From the NCBI RefSeq assembly GCF_000237865.1, contig NC_017459.1, forward strand, positions 2,940,001-2,972,000: 32,000 nucleotides of DNA, written 5' to 3'. This stretch comes from Haloquadratum walsbyi C23 (lineage in GTDB: Archaea > Halobacteriota > Halobacteria > Halobacteriales > Haloferacaceae). The notes beneath the pieces were generated by a model. That model saw only the letters and a list, made by a program, of their open reading frames with translations, ran no database searches and had not been told where the DNA came from. Shown in pieces: positions 1 to 8,490 of this stretch. The first letter of the stretch is position 1, and the number at the start of each line of letters is the position of its first letter. Made by a program: the position numbers and the translations under genes.

Positions 1-199
1 GTCTGATATCTCGAGAAATACCATACGCATATCTCGGATATATACCTGAGAGGTCATGCTAGCGTGTCAGACGTTCCCAGCAGAGACTCTATGTGAACCT
101 ATGATATTCTTTCCGCAGTAAACGGCGGAGTTCCCATATGCGGAGGCTTGCTGGGTTGTGAGATTTATGATTTCATACTCCGGGAGGGAATGCGGGTCA

Positions 200-470
200 T
201 GCCATACGACACCCCACTGTCGAAAGACGGGGATTCGGGGTTATTGTGCGCTTCCTGCACCCCGTTCGCCTGATGAAAAGTGTATTTTCAATGATGAAAA
301 GAAGAATCCCGACACTGTCTCAGCGAAAGAAAGGAGAGACCACCTCGGTCAGACTCGATGTAGCGTGAACCGCCTCGGGGTCAAGCTCCGAGGCACTCGG
401 TCTGTTCCGCCTGTAGAACCGATTAAACTGCGTGCAGACGGTGTATCCCCGCCTGAAACACGAGGTATGA
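200..470 (-). mobile_element. 3'-terminal fragment of an IS1341-type (tnpB-only IS200/IS605) element: last tnpB codons, stop-codon hairpin and a downstream RE-like hairpin
   Basis: On the minus strand, 373-393 (cctcggagcttgaccccgagg) plus the following cggttcac matches 13421-13449 at the end of tnpB copy 1. The upstream reading ..GDTPSARS..GSTGGTDRVP.. resembles the tnpB1 tail [19 protein letters not shown] second hairpin (ccccgtc tttc gac agt gggg) lies at 211-236. Confidence 0.45.
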
Positions 471-641
471 GTGATCTCATCCACTTAATAATATTCCAAC
501 TACATCTGATCAGGGTATCATCACTAATCACGAACACCGCATTCTCTCAGTTAATCAGCGATACAAGCAGTAGGTTTGCAAATAGAAGAATAAAGAGTAA
601 TAGACCCGTTGATGAATGGGTATTGACAGTTATAGATAATA

Positions 642-1883
642 TCAGCGTGATTCCGTCTCACCAAGCAACTGATTGACCATTGATTCTGGATTGAATCGTT
701 CAATGTCGTCATATTCCTGCCCAACGCCCAGAAACAATATTGGTTTTCCAGTGACATACGCAATTGAGATTGCTGCACCACCATTTGAGTCGGCATCTGC
801 CTTCGTTAAAACCGTCCCATCAATCTCAGCAGCCTCATTGAACTGTTTTGCTCGTTCGACAGCATCCTGTCCGGCAACAGCTTCATCAACGAAAAGTGTC
901 ATATCAGGATTGACTACTCGATCAATCTTCTCTAATTGTGCCATCAAATCATTCGATGTGTGAAGTCGACCAGCAGTATCACCTAATACAACATCAATAT
1001 CATTTGCCTCAGCGTACTCAACGGCATCATAAAGAACCGCTGCAGGGTCGCCTCCCTGTTCATGAGCAATAAGTCTCGTGTCGAGTGTCTTTGCATGTTC
1101 ACGGATTTGTTCATTTGCCCCAGCCCGGTACGTATCACCGTTAGCCATCACAACTGAAAGTCCGCGAGACTCAAGATATTGGACAAGTTTTGCAATACTC
1201 GTCGTTTTCCCAACTCCATTGACACCTGTAAAGACAATTGTCATCGGTGAGTCAGCACTCTCGACACGTGAGTCAAAGTCATACTGTCCAACGCTGATTA
1301 CCTCATACAATGCGTCTGAGAGCGCTTCTTCAACGAGCGCAGCAGTTGTATTAACCTGCGCACGCGTCTCACCAAGCATTTTGCTTCGAATAGTACCAAG
1401 GATTTCCTCTGCAACCTGCATCTCCACATCGCTTTCAAGAAGTGCCATCTCAAGTTGCCATAACGGCTCTTCGAGATCCTCTTCCTCGATAACAATTTTT
1501 CCAGTAGCAAACGCCGCTGCGCGCTTAAGTCGACCCGGTTTATTATCTGATTGTGCTGTCTCATCGAGCACTGCTGCAGCTTCCTGTGATGCAAGCGAGG
1601 ACGAGTCAGTATCTATATTTGGGTCTCCATCCGTATTTGCCGATATATCAGACTCAGCAGTTGTGACATCACTGTTACTCGTGTGAGTGTTATCATCTGG
1701 AGTCTGCTCGCTGGTATCGTTGGCTGCCTCAGAAGGCATATGCGACACTGATTCATCCGATTGCTTGACGTTTGGTTCAGCGTCATCACCAGATGATGCT
1801 TCATCAGTAGCTGATTTCTCAGTCGCTGTCTCCTCGACATCGTCTCGAAACTGATCAAGTTTATTTTTCAGTCCATCAAACAT
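642..1883 (-). CDS. ftsY: Signal recognition particle receptor FtsY
   Basis: 413-aa ORF. SRP-GTPase NG domain motifs are present: GVNGVGKTT, DTAGRLH and LTKADAD. It has a long acidic, low-complexity N-terminal region and lies last in the conserved rpl39e..ftsY cluster. Confidence 0.95.
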   Translation of the reverse strand: MFDGLKNKLDQFRDDVEETATEKSATDEASSGDDAEPNVKQSDESVSHMPSEAANDTSEQTPDDNTHTSNSDVTTAESDISANTDGDPNIDTDSSSLASQEAAAVLDETAQSDNKPGRLKRAAAFATGKIVIEEEDLEEPLWQLEMALLESDVEMQVAEEILGTIRSKMLGETRAQVNTTAALVEEALSDALYEVISVGQYDFDSRVESADSPMTIVFTGVNGVGKTTSIAKLVQYLESRGLSVVMANGDTYRAGANEQIREHAKTLDTRLIAHEQGGDPAAVLYDAVEYAEANDIDVVLGDTAGRLHTSNDLMAQLEKIDRVVNPDMTLFVDEAVAGQDAVERAKQFNEAAEIDGTVLTKADADSNGGAAISIAYVTGKPILFLGVGQEYDDIERFNPESMVNQLLGETESR

Positions 1884-1914
1884 TAGTGAGGTATCTGACT
1901 ACGCAACCAGCGTA

Positions 1915-2379
1915 TTATTCGTTGTCCTCTGGTTGCTGGTCTTGCATTTGCTGCATTTGTTGTTGCTGCATTTGCTGTTGCATCTGTTGCGCCTGCTGCT
2001 CGAGTTGACTACTTTCAGTCTCAAGTTCGTCAATGTCGTCACGAAGTGACTCAATCCGATTATCAAGCGCATCCTGTTTTGTTGAGAGGGATTCCACAGC
2101 ATTATCGGCGGACTGCTCAGCAGCAAAGTCAGCGCCAAGTCCAACAATTATCTCATCAGCGTCTTGAATTTCTGCGCGAACGTAAGCGTCACCACCGAGT
2201 GGGACTTGAACAGTCGCTCCGCTCTCTAGTGTCTGAATTGCATCCATAGCCTCGTCAATTGATGTTTGTTCAGATTGAAGATCATCGACTTCTTCACGAA
2301 GTTCATCAATCTCTTCATCAATCGCTTGAAGTTCTTCAGAAAGCTGTTGTAACTGCTGTTGCTGACCACCGCCCATCAT
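1915..2379 (-). CDS. pfdA: Prefoldin alpha subunit
   Basis: 154 aa with coiled coil, beta-hairpin core (VQVPLGGDAYVRAEI..IIVGLGADF) and coiled coil architecture. Its start overlaps the rplX stop by 1 nt. The conserved position between rplX and ftsY supports the call. Confidence 0.9.
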   Translation of the reverse strand: MMGGGQQQQLQQLSEELQAIDEEIDELREEVDDLQSEQTSIDEAMDAIQTLESGATVQVPLGGDAYVRAEIQDADEIIVGLGADFAAEQSADNAVESLSTKQDALDNRIESLRDDIDELETESSQLEQQAQQMQQQMQQQQMQQMQDQQPEDNE

Positions 2380-2594
2380 TAGCTAGCCACCTCAGATTCG
2401 GTTATATCTGCATTGTCTGATAGCGAGCGCACCGAGTCAATCTTGATTTGTGTCCGCCTAAGACTATGCTGACTCCCAATATTCGCATACACCCGCTCGC
2501 GAGCGACGTTCTTGTTCGGGGCCTCGACATCTGTTGTGAACTCATTGAATCCGTCTCGGCTCCGGAACTGACCGCTCACCGCGAATTGAACCAT
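2379..2594 (-). CDS. rplX: 50S ribosomal protein LX (L18Ae/eL20 family)
   Basis: The internal ATG at 2594 of the 2379..2687 ORF gives 71 aa: MVQFAVSGQFRSRDGFNEFTTDVEAPNKNVARERVYANIGSQHSLRRTQIKI. This is the typical archaeal LX signature and the typical position upstream of pfdA. Confidence 0.85.
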   Translation of the reverse strand: MVQFAVSGQFRSRDGFNEFTTDVEAPNKNVARERVYANIGSQHSLRRTQIKIDSVRSLSDNADITESEVAS

Positions 2595-2833
2595 ACGTTC
2601 GATACCCGAGCAAGCGGGAAGTATCTTCCTACTTTCGGGTTTGCCTTGAGACAACACTTGAATACAGTCCCATCGCAAATACAGCATTATCTGATGTTGG
2701 CTTCCGTGTCAGCTACCCAGCGCTGCAGTACTTCATGAAACATTTTGAACCATCGGTCCTATGCAGCAGTATCAGCAGCTACTCTATGCCAAGATTTTGA
2801 ATTGAATTCCTCAATAAGTTTTCAGGAACATTA

Positions 2834-2942
2834 AAGCGCTGGGCTTGTCGGTGGACTCCCGTTCTACCGATACGTAGTAGGTGTCGGACGCCACTTCAGT
2901 AGCGTTCACGGTCATGATCCCCGACTTCAGGGCGTACTGACA
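2834..2942 (+). repeat. Degenerate IS1341-type right-end (omega-RNA-like) fragment
   Basis: aagcgctggg..gtcggtggact.. resembles 14427-14470 downstream of tnpB copy 2 (acgcgctgga..ctcggtggcaat). It ends in a decayed hairpin unit, gatCCCCGACttcaGGGCGTACtgaca (2916-2942). Confidence 0.3.
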
Positions 2943-2954
2943 GAACGCCCCTCC

Positions 2955-3222
2955 AGCCCTGTCTCTTACCCACAACTCGAGTCAGGATTTCAGCGGAACG
3001 GGATCGGGATCGGCGAGCACGACTGAAATCCTCGGTATCTACAGTTTCAACACCTCTTTGGAACAATTGTAGTGGGCTTGATTACCGGCGTTCGGTCACC
3101 CCTACAGCCGATATCACTGTCTGAATCGCTTCTCGCCTCGATTTTTTGCGTTCAAAATACCTCTGAGAGTGTCTGAAACGTCCGGTTACGACCCCACGAA
3201 CTTGTGGGTAAGAGACAGGGCT
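2955..3222. mobile_element. 268-bp MITE-like element with perfect 21-bp terminal inverted repeats and an interior derived from a truncated tnpB element
   Basis: 2955-2975 agccctgtctcttacccacaa is the exact reverse complement of 3202-3222. On the minus strand, 3218->3172 matches 12488-12534 at 43/47 positions. The interior at about 3127-3160 resembles tnpB1 coding sequence at about 12554-12590. An internal hairpin aggatttcag/ctgaaatcct lies at about 2984-3032. Confidence 0.7.
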
Positions 3223-3794
3223 AAAGCCGGTGGGCTTCCGCGCTGTATATCGTGTGAACGCAGAGGAACCCGGCGCGTGAGTGGTGGAGATTTCAGGTTT
3301 GTAGTCCTATCAAACTCTGACATGGTGAGACTCCATGCCGGGTTCACGGACTGTGGCAGTCGGGACTGGGACTACTTGGGGTGCTGAGCGCCTGGTACTC
3401 CTATCCTCAATCGTGTTCGGACTCCCAGAGTTGATTTTACTCTAGAAGTCCGACAGACTTCGACGGACTCGGAGTTACTTCCTTGATGCGTGCAATAATC
3501 AATCCCATGCCGATTATGTGAGAATCGGGCGGTCGCCGACTGGTTTCGATTATTGCTTTGATGCGTGGAGCGGCAAAACCGCCATTATAGGACGATGTAG
3601 AATCACTCTATTCTCACCTGATTCCTACTTTTGAATGGAATTGTCTGCTAATTGAAATTATAAATCAAGAATATCGGACAGGTGTCGAAACATGGACTGG
3701 TTCCATATTGTCAGGTTCATTTTGCGGTACCGAGGTCGGTGGTCTCGTTCGCATTGCTTCGTTCAACATGTCGTAACTGTGGGTACCAGAAATC
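3223..3794 (-). mobile_element. About 0.57-kb tnpB-less IS1341-derived element (omega-RNA-like body), decayed
   Basis: The minus strand starts with a degenerate copy of the shared terminus (3794->3775 gatttctggtacccacagtt). The body is collinear by eye with 23617-23863 (shared 16-mer ggactcggagttactt at 3464-3479 and 23848-23863; caggtttg / gactcc blocks). It ends in a decayed RE hairpin at about 3236-3275. Confidence 0.4.
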
Positions 3795-3879
3795 TGCAAT
3801 TCTGTGGACGGCGAAAGTCATAATTATTCTCATCGAATTTATATGTATCATAATGTTCGACAATCACAGCGAATTATGA

Positions 3880-4560
3880 CTATTCGCTGGTGATAGATTC
3901 GAGATACCCGAGCGTATCTTCGATCCGAGTTAATTCAGGACCAGTCGTATCCTCGCCAACGACATATCCGGTTTGTCCGGCAACAATACCGGACCCGACA
4001 AGTGGTGCACCGTAATTGACTGTTCCAATATCAGCACGAACATCTAAATGGTCTTCAATTGCCTCGAGTTCGGGTTCACGTGCTTTAGGATGACAGAGAA
4101 CACCACGATTTGTTGCTACTGCAGCGGTTCCTACGGTGCGAACATCTGCAAGCTTGCCGCGGGCAACTGGAACATTAAGTGCGGATTCAACACTCTCGAC
4201 AGCTTCTGTGGAGAGATCAGGATGGACATATGCGCCATAGTCATTCGCAAGGATAACATTGCCAGCAGCATTAATTCGACCAGGAAGTTCGGTAACTGAG
4301 ACAGAGGCCGTTGTTTCAATCGCCTCCTTTTCACGCATTGTTACATTGCTTGTGACGAGGATTCCATTTTCATTTCCAGTTGCAAGCGCCCCAACAGTTC
4401 CAGAGCCACCAATTGTCGTTGCAACGGCTGGGATATCGAGTTCGGCTGCCATTGCATCAGCGGTGTCATCATCTACATCAGAGCGGAGAAGAAGCACATC
4501 ATCGGTCGCACGCGCGAAGACGCCAACATATGGCGACCCGGCGAAAGAGGCACGAAGCAC
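3880..4560 (-). CDS. eif6: Translation initiation factor 6 (aIF6)
   Basis: A GTG start at 4560, 1 nt after the rpl31e stop, gives 226 aa: (M)[54 protein letters not shown]. This is the typical aIF6 repeat pattern. The longer ORF-track start would overlap rpl31e. Confidence 0.9.
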   Translation of the reverse strand: MLRASFAGSPYVGVFARATDDVLLLRSDVDDDTADAMAAELDIPAVATTIGGSGTVGALATGNENGILVTSNVTMREKEAIETTASVSVTELPGRINAAGNVILANDYGAYVHPDLSTEAVESVESALNVPVARGKLADVRTVGTAAVATNRGVLCHPKAREPELEAIEDHLDVRADIGTVNYGAPLVGSGIVAGQTGYVVGEDTTGPELTRIEDTLGYLESITSE

Positions 4561-4561
4561 G

Positions 4562-4840
4562 TTATTCAGCCGGCTCCGCTTCGACGATAGACTCGCCGTC
4601 TTCGTCGAATCGAGCCGCACGAACCCGTAGTTTACTCGGTGGGTTCTGGCTTCCACGCGCCCAGACAGTTTCATTAAGTGATGGGTCAAGTCGAATGTCA
4701 GACTCATCAACGCGGAAGTGCTGTGCGAGATGTTCGCGGATCAGCGTCATTGCACGACCAGCTCGTTCGTGAGTTGGCACTGCAGAGACATCCCGAAGTG
4801 GAACCGTCACAACACGCTCTTCAAAGTCGCTGGTACTCAT
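4562..4840 (-). CDS. rpl31e: 50S ribosomal protein L31e
   Basis: 92 aa, [55 protein letters not shown], a canonical L31e sequence. Confidence 0.95.
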   Translation of the reverse strand: MSTSDFEERVVTVPLRDVSAVPTHERAGRAMTLIREHLAQHFRVDESDIRLDPSLNETVWARGSQNPPSKLRVRAARFDEDGESIVEAEPAE

Positions 4841-4842
4841 CG

Positions 4843-4995
4843 TTATTCGTCAGTATCGCTCCGCCGCCAGTTGCGACGCTTTGGATTTCGCGTTACTTCC
4901 ATATTGGTCTTGAGCATGACCCACGCAGGAACACGAGAGTTTTGTTTTTCAAGTTTACCGAGTCGCTTCTTTTTTGCCTTCGATTTCTTTCCCAT
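4843..4995 (-). CDS. rpl39e: 50S ribosomal protein L39e
   Basis: The internal ATG at 4995 gives 50 aa: [50 protein letters not shown], canonical L39e. The upstream part of the 95-aa track ORF is not L39e-like. Confidence 0.92.
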   Translation of the reverse strand: MGKKSKAKKKRLGKLEKQNSRVPAWVMLKTNMEVTRNPKRRNWRRSDTDE

Positions 4996-5020
4996 AGTAT
5001 CATTTGATAATTTCGGACTG

Positions 5021-5027
5021 CATAAAA
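5021..5027 (-). promoter_or_regulatory. TATA-like box for the rpl39e-rpl31e-eif6 transcript (leaderless geometry)
   Basis: The minus strand reads ttttatg 26-32 nt upstream of the rpl39e ATG (4995). This spacing is typical for haloarchaeal leaderless mRNAs. Confidence 0.4.
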
Positions 5028-5236
5028 TGTTGTTCCTTTGTGGTACAACAGTGTGTGATTCGTTTACTCCCAAGGCACAGAAGATATTCGAGGAGTCAAT
5101 CATGAACTCAATACCAGAGAATATAGACATAATCGTGAACGCACCATAGGGTCACACCAAACCCCCACAGGACACTCCTCTTGCATTGTGTAAACAGTGT
5201 GAATCTGATAACTATTAACTGTCCTGGACGAGTAAT

Positions 5237-5983
5237 ATGGGTATGACAGATAACGAACCCACCGATCACGAATTTTCGTCAGGACAGGGGTTCAACGAAG
5301 AGTATGAAGAGTTTACGCTTGACCCACCAGAGTTGAGTGCTGACCCAACATCAGTTGATCCGGTTGATACGCGAGTGATTACGGATGAACTTGATAAACG
5401 AAATATCGCATCGGATCAAGTTGATGTTGAGCAACTCGTTGATGTTGGGCTCTCGTATATGCAGATTAATCGCTTTGAGGAGGCAACAGAAACATTTGAA
5501 CGAGCAGCACGATTCGCACCTGAGGAATCTCTTGCAGCACAAGAAGCATGGGTGAATAAAGGTGCTGCTCACGGACAACTTGAAGAATGGGATGAAGCAA
5601 TCGGCTCATATAAGGAGGCACTTCGCATTGACGATGAATCGGAGCATGCTGCTTCTGCGGAGACAAATCTGGCATATGCATTATGGGAGGCTGGTGAGAC
5701 CGAGTCAGCGCTCCAGCATGCTGAGCGAGCGGTAAAAGTCGATCCACGATTTCCGCAAGCGTGGTATAATCGTGGATTTTTCCTACACGAGCGTGGTCTC
5801 AATGAGGAGGCTGTATCAGCATTTGATAATGCAATTCGGCTTGGGATGCAGACTGCTGATGTGCTTGAGGAGAAAGCACGTGCGCTTGATGAACTGGGTC
5901 GAGATGAGGAAGCGGAACAAACACAGACGCAAGCAGAGGAGTTGCGACGTGAACGTGAACAAGAACTTCTCGAAGACCAGTGA
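5237..5983 (+). CDS. TPR repeat protein (acidic)
   Basis: 248 aa with several 34-residue TPR-like repeats (e.g. AWVNKGAAHGQLEEWDEAIGSYKEALRID, AWYNRGFFLHERGLNEEAVSAFDNAIRLG). Acidic N- and C-termini. Confidence 0.8.
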   Translation: MGMTDNEPTDHEFSSGQGFNEEYEEFTLDPPELSADPTSVDPVDTRVITDELDKRNIASDQVDVEQLVDVGLSYMQINRFEEATETFERAARFAPEESLAAQEAWVNKGAAHGQLEEWDEAIGSYKEALRIDDESEHAASAETNLAYALWEAGETESALQHAERAVKVDPRFPQAWYNRGFFLHERGLNEEAVSAFDNAIRLGMQTADVLEEKARALDELGRDEEAEQTQTQAEELRREREQELLEDQ

Positions 5984-6444
5984 CGGGGTCGGATCGAAGT
6001 GATAAAGAAGATATACTCTCCGAATCTGAAGATCCGCTGAAGCCTGTACCCGAATCTAACGCTGAGCATGACTCTAACCGTGACTCTGTATCGACGTCGA
6101 CTGAGGCTCATGATGATAATACTGAGACGGATGATGATGAGGCTCTTTTACTTCGAGAGCGACAAACACCAGAAGGATTGCTTGTCGCCGTTTGTGACAG
6201 TGACTGTCTTGGGGAGACATATGTCGATGGTGAGGTATCACTCAACGTAACAGAATCATTCTATGGTGGAAGTGAAGCCGATAAGGTTGATGCGGAAACA
6301 GTTATTAAACGTCTAAAACGAGCCAGTGTTGCAAATATCGTTGGCAAGCATGCAGTCGCAATCGCAATCGAGGCTGGAATCGTTGAGAAGGACCGAGTGC
6401 TACAAATCGATGAAACGCTACATGCGCAATTAGTATGGATGTAA
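5980..6444 (+). CDS. DUF424-like archaeal protein with acidic N-terminal extension
   Basis: A GTG start overlaps the TPR stop (GTGA). The C-terminal roughly 95 aa (LLVAVCDSDCLGETYVDGEVSLNVTESFYGG..VANIVGKHAVAIAIEAGIV..ETLHAQLVWM) matches the DUF424 pattern as I recall it. Confidence 0.65.
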   Translation: MTGSDRSDKEDILSESEDPLKPVPESNAEHDSNRDSVSTSTEAHDDNTETDDDEALLLRERQTPEGLLVAVCDSDCLGETYVDGEVSLNVTESFYGGSEADKVDAETVIKRLKRASVANIVGKHAVAIAIEAGIVEKDRVLQIDETLHAQLVWM

Positions 6445-6608
6445 GAGATTGGCTGTCTGGCGTTAGCTATTGGGATTTTCAATAATAACTTTGGATTGTA
6501 GCAGATAAATTTTTGAGAAGACACGAGAAATATCGATACTACAGACATATTACTTCTGCAACATTAGGACCGAAGGGATGTTCTTCCTAGAGTACCTATA
6601 AGCCAATA

Positions 6609-7892
6609 ATGGGAACACAAGAGCAGAAAGCGTATCCGATAGACATTCCGAGTGTCCGCGGGGACTTTCCAATCCTCGACCGAAAGGTTGGGGGGGACAT
6701 CGAAACGCCGGGTCCAAGTCCTGATGATACCGATCCACTTGTTTATCTTGACAATGCAGCAACAAGTCAAACGCCAACAGACGTTGTTGAGGCCCTCACA
6801 GAGTACTATTATCAATACAACTCAAATGTCCATCGAGGGATCCATCATCTAAGTCAGGAAGCTTCAGTCGCATACGAGGTCGCACATGACCGTGTTGCTG
6901 AGTTTATTGGCGCTGATGGACGCGAGGAGATCATTTTCACAAAGAATACAACAGAATCAATGAATCTTGTCGCTTACGCATGGGGGCTTGCGGAGTTGGA
7001 ACCCGGAGATACTGTTGTGCTCTCTGAGATGGAACATCATGCATCACTTGTCACTTGGCAGCAAATCGCAAAGCGAACCGGTGCGAATGTTGAGTATATT
7101 CGTGTTGATGAAGATGGCTATCTTGATATGGAACATGCACGTGAGTTAATTGATGACTCAATAGCAATGGTGTCCGTTGTGCATATTTCAAATACGCTTG
7201 GGACAGTAACACCAGTTGAAGAGTTGGCAGAGCTCACACACGACCATGGTGGATATATCTTTATTGATGGCGCACAGTCAGCACCAACGCGACCAGTCGA
7301 TGTCGATGCGATGGACACAGATTTCTTTGCGTTCTCTGGACACAAGATGCTTGGACCGACGGGAATTGGGGTTCTCTACGGCAAACAGGAAATTCTCGAG
7401 TCTATGGAACCATACCTCTATGGCGGGGAGATGATCAGGCGAGTTACATACGAAGACTCGACATGGGAGGACCTGCCCTGGAAGTTTGAGGCTGGAACAC
7501 CTGTTATTGCACAGGCAATTGGGCTTCATGCTGCAATTGATTATCTTGAGGATATTGGGATGGAGACAGTTCAAGCACACGAGGAGTTACTCGCTGAATA
7601 CGCCTATAATCAACTATCTGCATTTGATGATGTCGAAACATATGGTCCACCAGGCGGCGACCGTGGCGGGCTTGTTGCATTCAATCTTGAGGGAGTCCAT
7701 GCGCATGACCTCTCGAGCATCCTCAATGAGTATGGAGTTGCAATCAGAGCCGGTGATCACTGCACGCAACCACTTCATGACAAAATTGGTGTACCGGCTT
7801 CAACGCGAGCCTCATTCTACATATATAATACACGTGAAGAGATTGACGAGCTTGTCACTGCGGTTGATGCTGCACGGGAACTATTTGCCTAA
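6609..7892 (+). CDS. sufS: Cysteine desulfurase, SufS type (class V aminotransferase)
   Basis: 427 aa. Motifs: NVHRGIHHLS, FSGHKMLGPTGIGVLYG (PLP lysine) and RAGDHCTQPLH (catalytic Cys loop). Confidence 0.92.
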   Translation: MGTQEQKAYPIDIPSVRGDFPILDRKVGGDIETPGPSPDDTDPLVYLDNAATSQTPTDVVEALTEYYYQYNSNVHRGIHHLSQEASVAYEVAHDRVAEFIGADGREEIIFTKNTTESMNLVAYAWGLAELEPGDTVVLSEMEHHASLVTWQQIAKRTGANVEYIRVDEDGYLDMEHARELIDDSIAMVSVVHISNTLGTVTPVEELAELTHDHGGYIFIDGAQSAPTRPVDVDAMDTDFFAFSGHKMLGPTGIGVLYGKQEILESMEPYLYGGEMIRRVTYEDSTWEDLPWKFEAGTPVIAQAIGLHAAIDYLEDIGMETVQAHEELLAEYAYNQLSAFDDVETYGPPGGDRGGLVAFNLEGVHAHDLSSILNEYGVAIRAGDHCTQPLHDKIGVPASTRASFYIYNTREEIDELVTAVDAARELFA

Positions 7893-8021
7893 TGGCGACA
7901 GATGAACTCAAGACACACAGGCGTCTTAATTACTGATAACTGACGTCATTTGCACCACGAAATACGATTATCGGTACAACAAAATCAGCAATTAGCGGAA
8001 CGTTTTTGCAGCACACAGCTG

Positions 8022-8032
8022 TATATATTATA
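8022..8032 (+). promoter_or_regulatory. TATA box for sufU (leaderless geometry)
   Basis: tatatattata lies 22-32 nt upstream of the ATG at 8054. It is too close to the alternative starts at 8006 and 8036 to serve them. Confidence 0.4.
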
Positions 8033-8053
8033 ACAATGGGACTAGGATCAGAT

Positions 8054-8452
8054 ATGTATCGTCAACAGATTCTCGATCATTACAAGAATCCTCGAAACAA
8101 GGGTGAGATACCTGATCCGGACTTCTCACATACCGGCGAGAATCCGTCATGTGGCGATACCATCACTGTGAACGTGCAATTGAAAGATGATAATGAAACA
8201 ATCGAATATGTGAGCTTTACAGGGGATGGATGTGCGATTAGTCAGGCATCAGCATCTATGCTTTCAGAGCATTTACAGGGAATGACGTTAGAGGAGCTTG
8301 ACACGCTTGATACTGATGATGTGACAGAGATGCTTGGTGTTGATATCTCACCAATGCGAATCAAATGTGCGGTTCTTGCACGACAGGTTGCACAGGATGG
8401 AGCAGCCATACATGATGGTGAAATAGCGATTGAAGCAACGACGGTCGAGTAA
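8054..8452 (+). CDS. sufU: Fe-S cluster assembly scaffold / sulfur acceptor, SufU(IscU/NifU-like)
   Basis: MYRQQILDHYKNPRNKG.., GENPSCGD, GDGCAISQASASM, RIKCAVLA are SufU-type motifs. The start was chosen at 8054 from the family N-terminus and TATA spacing; 8036 is possible. Confidence 0.85.
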   Translation: MYRQQILDHYKNPRNKGEIPDPDFSHTGENPSCGDTITVNVQLKDDNETIEYVSFTGDGCAISQASASMLSEHLQGMTLEELDTLDTDDVTEMLGVDISPMRIKCAVLARQVAQDGAAIHDGEIAIEATTVE

Positions 8453-8490
8453 AAACTCAATTCAATTCGAATTATATCCGATAAGCAGGC

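Noticed and set aside
158-676. 172-aa plus-strand ORF at the window start, and the small ORFs 349..537 and 551..796.
   Set aside because: The composition is basic and Cys/His/Arg-rich, unlike the acidic proteome. The ORF overlaps the IS1341-type 3' fragment and the ftsY 3' end. 349..537 is only the residual tnpB tail.
1078-1686. Long antisense or shadow ORFs inside well-supported genes: 1078..1686, 4259..4630, 4380..4772, 5569..6111, 9987..10589, 12495..12887, 19594..20025, 26901..27377, 27627..27995, and others.
   Set aside because: Each lies opposite or out of frame to a gene with clear family motifs. They are Ser/Arg/Cys-rich with no recognisable domains, as expected for shadow frames.
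2834-3420. A GC-rich, obviously structured non-coding stretch next to the ftsY/SRP-related cluster. I considered SRP (7S) RNA or RNase P RNA.
   Set aside because: I found no SRP helix-8 type GNAR-loop/AGCA motif and no GAGGAAAGTCC-like RNase P CR-I box. Large parts recur elsewhere in the window (12488, 8645, 23617-23863) and are bounded by inverted repeats, so it is repeat-element DNA.
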